Source: Chloroflexota bacterium
Lineage (GTDB): Bacteria > Chloroflexota > Anaerolineae > Anaerolineales > E44-bin32
Assembly (NCBI GenBank): GCA_022561215.1
Contig: JADFRQ010000011.1
Location: forward strand, 1,068 to 65,067
DNA: 64,000 nucleotides
Direction of reading: 5' to 3'
Made by a program: the position numbers and the translations under genes. The notes below the pieces were generated by a model, which ran no database searches, was not told the origin of the DNA, and worked only from the letters and a program-made list of their open reading frames with translations. Below are positions 56,782-64,000 of the stretch, in pieces; the first letter of the stretch is position 1; each line of letters opens with the position of its first letter.

Positions 56782-58458
56782 ATGGAAAAAAGGTGGATCT
56801 GGCCGCCGCAATTAAGCAGCGATGTGCTCCATAGGTTAGCCTCATTCTCCGGCATTGAACAACAAATTCTCGCAGGTCGTGGGCTAGACACTGCGGTGAG
56901 TGCGAGCGCATTTCTTGCTGGACATCTTCCAGATATAAATGATCCCTTCGCGCTGGATGGCATGCATACGGCTGTTGACCGAATACGGCAGGCCGCCGAG
57001 CGAGGTGAGAAAGTAGTTGTTTATGGGGATTATGATGCGGATGGTATCACAGCGACTGTTCTAATGGTTGAAACGCTGAGTCACTTGGGAATGCAGGCCA
57101 TAGTTTACGTGCCGGATCGAATTACGGAAGGTTATGGAATTAACCGTAAGGCAATCTCGAATTTACAAAGTGCGGGAGCCAATCTCATTATTTCAGTCGA
57201 TTGTGGCATACGTGCTGTAGAGGCAATCGAGCACGCCAACGAAATTGGAGTCGATGTCATTGTTACCGATCATCATAAGCCAGGGATTAGGATCCCGGAT
57301 GCGTATGCGGTAATTAATCCAAATAAGATGGATGATTCCTATCCATTCAAAGGTTTGGCTGGCGTGGGATTAGCTTTCAAAGTAGCCCAGGCGTTGGGCA
57401 TCACTGCTGATAATTCGATTGAAGCATCGTTATTGGAATTGGTGGCGATCGGAACTATTGCTGATCTGGCCCCACTCCTCGAAGAAAATAGGAGTCTGGT
57501 AGCTCGCGGACTCGATGCGCTCAGGGCCTCCAAGCGGATTGGAATAAGGGCTCTTTTCGATGCTACACGCCAGGTACAATCACAAATTAATGCGCGCAGT
57601 ATTGGGTTTGTCGTAGCCCCGCGTTTGAATGCCGCTGGGAGGCTAAGCGATGCCAGAAAGGCGATCGACCTTTTGCTGGAGCAGGATCCTGCTACTGCAA
57701 ATGCCCAAGCGCAAGAATTGGAGCAAATTAATCGCCGACGTCGAAAGTTAACCACGGAGCTGGTGGAAAAGGCACGCGCCATATACCTTGCGGAGGAGCG
57801 AACGGAAGGAATTATTTTCGCAAGTCACACCAGCTTCCATGAGGGGATTGTTGGTTTGGCAGCGTCGAGGTTGCTCGACGACTTCTTCCGCCCGACGATT
57901 ATCGCCAATACTTCAAAGGGGATTACGAAAGGATCTGCGCGCAGTATTCCGGGGTTTAATATCACCCAGGCACTGGAAAATTCGAGCGACCTGTTGATCC
58001 GTTTTGGTGGACATGCTGCTGCGGCTGGATTTTCGGTAAAGGATGAGAATGTAGCACAGCTGAGAAACGAATTGGATCAGTACGCCGCGGAGCATATTAA
58101 GCAGGAGGATCTGATTCCTTCGATTGAGATCGATGCCCAGGTTCAATTTACTGACCTGGATGATGATCTGCTTCAATTTATTGATCGCCTGGAGCCTTGT
58201 GGTATGGGCAATCCAATTCCCTTATTTGGCGCGCGAAATGTTAAAGTGGTCAATGCACGCCGTGTGGGCAAGGATAACAATCATTTAAAGCTCATGCTCC
58301 AACAAAATGAAATTTTTATCGATGCGATCGCTTTTGGGCAAGGGGAAACAATGGATAAAATTAAACATCAAATTGAGATCGCATTTCATTTCGAAAGAAA
58401 CACCTACATGGGGGTTGAAAATCTACAGCTTAATATCCGCGGAATAAAAATCCTTTAG
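56782..58458 (+). CDS. recJ: Single-stranded-DNA-specific exonuclease RecJ
   Basis: DHH motifs VYGDYDADGITA, SVDCG, VTDHH and DHHA1 GGHAAAAG. Confidence 0.92.
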   Translation: MEKRWIWPPQLSSDVLHRLASFSGIEQQILAGRGLDTAVSASAFLAGHLPDINDPFALDGMHTAVDRIRQAAERGEKVVVYGDYDADGITATVLMVETLSHLGMQAIVYVPDRITEGYGINRKAISNLQSAGANLIISVDCGIRAVEAIEHANEIGVDVIVTDHHKPGIRIPDAYAVINPNKMDDSYPFKGLAGVGLAFKVAQALGITADNSIEASLLELVAIGTIADLAPLLEENRSLVARGLDALRASKRIGIRALFDATRQVQSQINARSIGFVVAPRLNAAGRLSDARKAIDLLLEQDPATANAQAQELEQINRRRRKLTTELVEKARAIYLAEERTEGIIFASHTSFHEGIVGLAASRLLDDFFRPTIIANTSKGITKGSARSIPGFNITQALENSSDLLIRFGGHAAAAGFSVKDENVAQLRNELDQYAAEHIKQEDLIPSIEIDAQVQFTDLDDDLLQFIDRLEPCGMGNPIPLFGARNVKVVNARRVGKDNNHLKLMLQQNEIFIDAIAFGQGETMDKIKHQIEIAFHFERNTYMGVENLQLNIRGIKIL

Positions 58459-58503
58459 TCCGCACTTTTATATTCTCGGGGTCGGATAATTTAATCCTGT
58501 TAG

Positions 58504-59190
58504 TCAGTCAATAAATCGATACTTCGCTAGAGTCCAAACTGCTTCGAAGGCATCCTTGAGGCCTATTTTCTTGCCCTCGGAGTACTCTCGCGGATTAAAT
58601 GTTATTGGGACTTCAAAGATGCGAATTTTGCGTTTGAGAAGCTTCGCCGTAATTTCGGGTTCGAAATTAAATCGCTTTGATTTGAGAGGAATATCCACAA
58701 GAATTTCTCGGCGAAATAATTTGTAGCCGGTTTCCATATCTGAAAGGATGCTGTTGTAAAGCAAATTGGTCATTAGAGTCAGCAATTTATTGGCCACGAG
58801 GTGCCAGAACATCGTTGACCGTCGAGGGCCGCCCAAGAAGCGTGACCCGTAAACGACATCTGCCATCCCTTCCTCAATCGGCTTAAGGATTGCCGCGTAA
58901 TCTCGCGGATCATATTCCAAGTCAGCGTCTTGAATGATCACAAGATCCGAGGTGCTGTACTTAATTCCAGTGCGTACTGCCGAACCTTTGCCCTGGTTTT
59001 GGTCGTGAAGAAATAATTTAATCTGAGGGTAGCTGGGGCTTATTTTTTGAAGCAACTCGCGGGTACCATCTGTCGAACCATCGTCTACGATGACAATTTC
59101 ATCGGCAAGTCCGACGGCAACAACTCTGCGAATGATCTCCTCGATCGTCGCCACTTCATTGTAGACTGGGATAATAACGCCAAAGCTCAT
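58504..59190 (-). CDS. Family 2 glycosyltransferase (polyprenyl-phosphate sugar synthase-like)
   Basis: VIIPVYNE, VDDGSTDGT and IQDADLEYDP motifs. Confidence 0.88.
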   Translation of the reverse strand: MSFGVIIPVYNEVATIEEIIRRVVAVGLADEIVIVDDGSTDGTRELLQKISPSYPQIKLFLHDQNQGKGSAVRTGIKYSTSDLVIIQDADLEYDPRDYAAILKPIEEGMADVVYGSRFLGGPRRSTMFWHLVANKLLTLMTNLLYNSILSDMETGYKLFRREILVDIPLKSKRFNFEPEITAKLLKRKIRIFEVPITFNPREYSEGKKIGLKDAFEAVWTLAKYRFID

Positions 59191-59347
59191 GTTGGGGATT
59201 GTAGATCACTTGGCGAATGGAAACAACCGCCCATTTGCTCCACACGTGCGGCATGTATATAATTTCTGGTATTGTTCATCCTATAGTGGAGTAAGGTTGA
59301 ATGAAAATTGAAAATGCTCGGTTTGTTTTTCCCAGTGCCGGAGGATT

Positions 59348-60700
59348 ATGATGTCGTTACCTAAAGCGGAAGTTCGTTCCTCTCGGGGAACGGGGGATTT
59401 AAAAAAGAGGAGCGCCCGCTTTATCCCTAAGCCAATCAAAAGCATAGAGGATACCGGAATAAGCGAGCTCTGGCTCCAAGATCTTGCGTTGAAGGTTTTA
59501 TATTTTCGTGGGTATGTAACCGGGTTTGCCATGTCGGAGTCTATGGCACTCCCATTCTCGGGTTTGGTAGAGAACATTTTGGAATCACTTAAGCGCGAGC
59601 AATTTGTTGAAATTAAATCGCAAGTTGGTTTCGGAGAAGGCTCATTCCAATACGCAATTACAGAAGCTGGAATTGAACGTGCGCGAGAGGCCCTCGAGCG
59701 CAGCCAGTATGCCGGCCCTACTCCAGTACCCCTTGCCTACTACAATGCTTCAATCCGTAGCCAGAGCAGAGGACGGCCCACAGTACATCCGCGCACGATG
59801 CGCCTGGCGCTTGCAGATCTGATTCTCTCAGACCAAACATTTCATCGTATCGGCCCCGCAGTTAATTCGGGAACTTCTATGTTTCTTTATGGGCCACCAG
59901 GCAACGGAAAAACATCGATCGCCAGGGCGATAGGCAATATGGCTCTGCAAGAGGATATGTATATTCCCTATGCTATCGATATTGATGGGCAAATTGTAAA
60001 GCTATACGATTCAGTTAACCATGTCCTGGCGGAGGACGAAGAGTTAACCGCCAATGGAACCGGAACGCTAAAATCTGGTACGAAGCGAGATACTCGATGG
60101 GTAAAGATCAGAAGGCCGTTCGTGGTAACGGGTGGCGAATTGACCATGGAGGGCCTGGACCTGGTCTATGATGATGTCAACAAATATTACGAAGCGCCGT
60201 TTCAGGTAAAAGCCAATGGTGGGGTATTGTTAATTGACGATTTTGGCAGGCAGCAGATCAGGCCTCGCGATCTCTTGAATCGCTGGATTGTTCCGCTCGA
60301 GAACAGAATTGATTACCTGACTCTGCACACAGGCCGCAAGGTGGAAATTCCCTTCGATGTTCTGGTGGTGTTCTCGACAAATCTGCCACCGCGTGACCTG
60401 GTAGATGAAGCCTTTTTACGACGCCTTCGGCATAAAATTTATGTTGAAGATCCCACCTATGATGCCTACCGACAAATCTTTATGCGCGTGGCTGAAAGTA
60501 AGGGCGTGAAGTATTCCGACAAGGGATTGGCTTACCTTATGCAGGAATGGTATATCAAGCGCAACCGCAAACTTCGCGCATCTCATCCAAGGGAAATAAG
60601 TGATCAGATCCTTGACATTTCACAATACTTAAACATCGCTCCTGAGATGGAGAAGGAGCTTTTGGATAAAGCCGCGCAAGCCTATTTTGTAGATATTTAG
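59348..60700 (+). CDS. AAA+ ATPase with about 190-aa N-terminal winged-helix-like domain
   Basis: Walker A FLYGPPGNGKTS, Walker B GVLLIDDFGRQ, sensor-1 VVFSTNL, Arg-finger region EAFLRRLRHKI. The N-terminal domain has no motif I can assign. Confidence 0.8.
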   Translation: MMSLPKAEVRSSRGTGDLKKRSARFIPKPIKSIEDTGISELWLQDLALKVLYFRGYVTGFAMSESMALPFSGLVENILESLKREQFVEIKSQVGFGEGSFQYAITEAGIERAREALERSQYAGPTPVPLAYYNASIRSQSRGRPTVHPRTMRLALADLILSDQTFHRIGPAVNSGTSMFLYGPPGNGKTSIARAIGNMALQEDMYIPYAIDIDGQIVKLYDSVNHVLAEDEELTANGTGTLKSGTKRDTRWVKIRRPFVVTGGELTMEGLDLVYDDVNKYYEAPFQVKANGGVLLIDDFGRQQIRPRDLLNRWIVPLENRIDYLTLHTGRKVEIPFDVLVVFSTNLPPRDLVDEAFLRRLRHKIYVEDPTYDAYRQIFMRVAESKGVKYSDKGLAYLMQEWYIKRNRKLRASHPREISDQILDISQYLNIAPEMEKELLDKAAQAYFVDI

Positions 60701-60702
60701 CA

Positions 60703-61455
60703 ATGCCGCGCAGAACTGAATGGAGAGATAAGTCCCCGCTGGTCATTGCACATCGCGGGGCTTCTGCTTATGCACCAGAAAATACACTGGCCGCCTTTCG
60801 TTTGGCGGAGGAGCTGGGCGCACAGGCGATTGAACTTGATGTGAAACTGACAAAGGATGAACGTGTTGTTGTGCTCCACGACGCGACTCTCGAGCGCACG
60901 ACATCGGGAAGAGGACCGCTCTCAAAATTTTCCTATGAGGAGATCAAGCACTTAGATGCCGGGAGTTCATTTGGACCTACATTCGCAAAGGAAATAATTC
61001 CCACTCTCGAACAGGTCTTCATTCATCTTGGTTCCGGGATGTTAATCAATATCGAACTCACCAATTACGCGAACCCATTTGACGCCTTACCCGCAAAGGT
61101 AGTAGAAATTGTGCGCCGCGCTGGGAATGCGAGTCAAATTTTATTTTCGTCGTTCAGCGTGATTGCGCTTATTCGAGCGCGGCGAATGGCGCCGGAAATT
61201 CCTACAGGTTTATTGGTCCGAAATTCGACGGCGATGTGGCTGACAGCCCTAATGCAACGATTGCTGAAGGTTGAATATTTTCATCCGCAAGACGGGATGG
61301 TAACGGCTCGCATGCTTGATAAAATACGGAATATGAACATGGCCGTAAACGTTTGGACCGTCAATGATCAAAGCAGAATGAGGACATTGCTCGACATGGG
61401 TGTTGCGGGGCTCATTACAGATGAACCTGAAGTCGCATTGCAGACGCTGCAGTAG
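60703..61455 (+). CDS. Glycerophosphodiester phosphodiesterase
   Basis: VIAHRGASAYAPENTLAAF, IELDVKLTKDERVVVLHDATLERTT and VNVWTVND motifs. Starts 2 nt after the AAA+ stop. Confidence 0.9.
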   Translation: MPRRTEWRDKSPLVIAHRGASAYAPENTLAAFRLAEELGAQAIELDVKLTKDERVVVLHDATLERTTSGRGPLSKFSYEEIKHLDAGSSFGPTFAKEIIPTLEQVFIHLGSGMLINIELTNYANPFDALPAKVVEIVRRAGNASQILFSSFSVIALIRARRMAPEIPTGLLVRNSTAMWLTALMQRLLKVEYFHPQDGMVTARMLDKIRNMNMAVNVWTVNDQSRMRTLLDMGVAGLITDEPEVALQTLQ

Positions 61456-61552
61456 CTCCTCGATTAGTCATCCTCGAGCGGCCGAAATTGTGGTTCCGGA
61501 CACATTTTTTTGCTGTTTGAGATTAGAAAAATTTATGTCTTAGGTGGAATGG

Positions 61553-62380
61553 ATGAGCAAGCGTGATTATACAATTGAAGATCTGCTAAGCGTTTGTATT
61601 GCGCGCCAGGTGGAAGATGGCGAATTGCTTGCCCAAGGCCTAGCCACACCTTTGGTTGCGGCTGGTTACCTGCTTGCATGGCATACACATGCGCCCAATG
61701 TCTATTTTGCATCCGCGATCGGACAGAGTGTGTGCCGAGAGGGCGCCCCCCTCGGCCTGGAAACCATAGAAGCGTTATGGCTGGACAAGGCACTCATGAA
61801 TGTCGGTTTTGCCGGTGCGGCGACAGAAATTTTGCCTCGATTCAAACCGAAGGAATTTTTCCGTCCCGGTCAGATAGATAAGTACGGAAATTTTAATAAC
61901 GTCTTTATTGGAAAAAATTACCTCCGACCGCGGTTAAGATTGCCTGGAAGCGGGGGAATTCCTGATGTCACGCCGATTCTTGACGAGGTCTACTACTATG
62001 TGCCGAGACATTCGAGGGTGACTTTCGTAAAGCAGATTGACTTTCTATCTGGAATTGGCCGACAGGGTGATAAAACAATTGCCCATTATTTGGTATCGGA
62101 TTTGGGGCAATTTGATTTCAAATTCGGTGTGATGCGGTTGACCCATTTGCATCCGGGGATAAATCTGCAAAGAGTAAAGGCAAAAACGGGATTTGAGTTC
62201 GAGATCGCCTCGGATTTAAAAGAAACTTTACCCCCAACTGCAGAGCAGTTGGATCTGCTCTATGAAACCATCGACCCGCTCGGAATAAGGAAACTGGAAT
62301 TTCTCGGTGGAGCTGCACGCAGAAAAGAGCTGAAAATAATGTTGCAGCAGGAGAGAAGTGTTTCATACGAAACTGCGTAA
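61553..62380 (+). CDS. CoA-transferase beta-subunit-like protein (glutaconate CoA-transferase GctB-like)
   Basis: Co-linear resemblance to GctB: YT.E....IA.Q...G, QIDKYGNFNN...PGSGG and TGFEFEI....E..PPT..QL.LL...IDP. AGGTGG RBS precedes ATG 61553. Confidence 0.7.
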   Translation: MSKRDYTIEDLLSVCIARQVEDGELLAQGLATPLVAAGYLLAWHTHAPNVYFASAIGQSVCREGAPLGLETIEALWLDKALMNVGFAGAATEILPRFKPKEFFRPGQIDKYGNFNNVFIGKNYLRPRLRLPGSGGIPDVTPILDEVYYYVPRHSRVTFVKQIDFLSGIGRQGDKTIAHYLVSDLGQFDFKFGVMRLTHLHPGINLQRVKAKTGFEFEIASDLKETLPPTAEQLDLLYETIDPLGIRKLEFLGGAARRKELKIMLQQERSVSYETA

Positions 62381-62383
62381 ATC

Positions 62384-64000
62384 ATGCAAAAAAAGCTAGC
62401 ATTGCGGCTATTCACACTGATCTTTATCTTGGCCCTTCCGTTGTCCGGCTCGGCGAGCAAGCTGCAGCAAACAAGCGCAGCGTCGCTTCTGGAGCTGATG
62501 ACCCCCAAAGAGCGAATTGGTCAGCTGTTCATGCTCTCCTTTGACGGCAGCGATCCAAGCGCTAACGACTTCATTTATGAATTAATCAAAGAACAGCATA
62601 TTTCTGGTGTTGTATTTCGTGCGGATCATAACAACTTCACGGATGGGTCGGACATGCTAACGGAAACAAGGGCGCTAATCGCGGCGCTTCAAAATGCAAA
62701 CTATGAGGCTTCACTCTCCCCTGATGCCGGCGACTCACAAGGTGGGAATGCTGCCTCATCGGTGTATGTACCCCTATTCATCGGCATTGCACAGGAGGGA
62801 GGTGGAGCACCGCAATCGGAAATACGATCGGGGCTTACGCCACTACCTTCTGAGATGGCCATTGGTGCAACATGGGACAGCAGTCTGGCAAGAGCTGTGG
62901 GTGAAGTGCTGGGATTCGAATTGCAGGCCCTTGGATTTAATCTCCTGTTGGGACCTTCGCTGGATGTGCTGGAGGATCCTCGATTGGCTGGTCCAGGGGA
63001 CCTTGGAGTACGTGCGTTTGGTGGTGACCCCTACTGGGTAACGCTGATGGGACAGGCTTATATTGAAGGTGTGCATAGGGGGTCTTCTGGCCGAGTTGGC
63101 GTTATTGCCAAACACTTCCCGGGTCTTGGCGGAGGAGATCGCCCGGCTGAAGAAGAAGTTGCTACAGTGAGAAAATCTCTGTCTCAGCTGCAGCAAATTG
63201 ATTTGGTCCCATTTTTTGCCGTTGCCAGCGACCTTCCTGGCGAATCCCCAGCAATTGCGGATGGATTTTTAAGTTCAAATATCCGATACCAGGGTTTTCA
63301 GGGAAATATTCGGGCGACGACGCGGCCCGTTAGTCTAGATCAGGATGCCAACGACCAATTAATGGCGCTGGATGAACTATCGGCATGGCGAGAGGGGGGT
63401 GGCGTCACGATGAGTGATGCGTTGGGATCGCGTGCGCTGCGGCGGTTCATTGAATCCCTGGGGCAAAGTTTTCAAGGGCATATTATTGCGAAAGATGCCT
63501 TCCTCGCCGGAAATGATCTCTTGTATCTCGACGGTGTTAGGTCGGATAACGATCCGGATGAGATCACAACTGTGAAATCCACCTTGGCATTCTTCACCCA
63601 AAAATATGTCGAAGATGCCGTATTTGCCCGGCGCGTGGACGAGGCCGTGCTGCGCATATTGAAGCTAAAACTCAGATTGTATGGTAACGATTTTCAGTAT
63701 ACGCGCGTCATTCCGGATGTTAATGATCTCACCCGCATCGGGACGAGAAGTGATGTAACGATTGAAGTTGCACGAAAATCGGCCACTTTGATCAGCCCAA
63801 TTCAAATCGGAAGCGAAGACCGCCTCTCCAATCCGCCGAAAATTTTTGAAAGAGTGGTCTTTTTTACAGATTCGTTTGTGTATCGACAGTGTTCGACCTG
63901 TGCTCTGCAATCAGAAATTCCCACCCAGGCATTGGAAGATGCAATTATTCGGCTGTATGGACAGCGTGCGGCCGGTCTGGTCGGAGCTTGGAATCTAGTT
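62384..64000 (+). CDS. Glycoside hydrolase family 3 (NagZ/beta-hexosaminidase-like), secreted. 3' end lies outside the window.
   Basis: Signal peptide. GH3 N-domain motifs GFNLLLGPSLDV, RAFGGDP, KHFPGLGGGDR and SDALG. The reading frame stays open to the window end. Confidence 0.8.
   Translation, partial: MQKKLALRLFTLIFILALPLSGSASKLQQTSAASLLELMTPKERIGQLFMLSFDGSDPSANDFIYELIKEQHISGVVFRADHNNFTDGSDMLTETRALIAALQNANYEASLSPDAGDSQGGNAASSVYVPLFIGIAQEGGGAPQSEIRSGLTPLPSEMAIGATWDSSLARAVGEVLGFELQALGFNLLLGPSLDVLEDPRLAGPGDLGVRAFGGDPYWVTLMGQAYIEGVHRGSSGRVGVIAKHFPGLGGGDRPAEEEVATVRKSLSQLQQIDLVPFFAVASDLPGESPAIADGFLSSNIRYQGFQGNIRATTRPVSLDQDANDQLMALDELSAWREGGGVTMSDALGSRALRRFIESLGQSFQGHIIAKDAFLAGNDLLYLDGVRSDNDPDEITTVKSTLAFFTQKYVEDAVFARRVDEAVLRILKLKLRLYGNDFQYTRVIPDVNDLTRIGTRSDVTIEVARKSATLISPIQIGSEDRLSNPPKIFERVVFFTDSFVYRQCSTCALQSEIPTQALEDAIIRLYGQRAAGLVGAWNLV

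Overview
Gene-dense, mostly housekeeping chromosomal window: about 60 CDS, 2 tRNAs and 1 T-box leader. I saw no rRNA, CRISPR array, transposase, integrase or prophage gene. Gene content suggests a Chloroflexota (Anaerolineae-like) bacterium. This is inference only, based on a T-box upstream of ileS, a mevalonate-pathway decarboxylase, Pro/Thr-rich extracytoplasmic tails, CcdA/TlpA thiol-redox genes, lipobox proteins and no outer-membrane or LPS genes. Confident calls include ileS, lspA, rluD-like, ltaE, tRNA-Asp(GTC), an ABC exporter pair, dprA, topA, greA, nnr, folE, ccdA plus a tlpA-like gene, mnmA with a cysteine desulfurase, eno, radC, rseP, mvaD-like, trxA, hisS plus tRNA-His(GTG), selB, fmt and recJ. 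Many genes are translationally coupled through ATGA, GTGA or TAATG overlaps. The best candidate for something undescribed is a stand-alone, tightly coupled trio of polytopic membrane proteins at 46109-49652. It resembles a HyfD/E/F- or Nuo/Mrp-antiporter-type module with partly degenerate channel motifs, and no redox or catalytic partner is nearby. It is followed by a 392-aa coiled-coil protein and an orphan selB. Other items worth a second look: (1) an Ile T-box leader followed by a 79-aa AlaX-M-like beta-barrel mini-ORF directly in front of ileS; (2) a CcdA-TlpA-DUF3179 (CPLC lipoprotein) cluster; (3) mvaD sitting upstream of rseP where dxr usually sits; (4) a MOSC-hisS-tRNA-His co-oriented unit; (5) two composite intergenic repeat elements; (6) an orphan AAA+ ATPase; (7) a partner-less CoA-transferase beta-like gene. 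All functional calls rest on motif recognition by eye. No database search was run.
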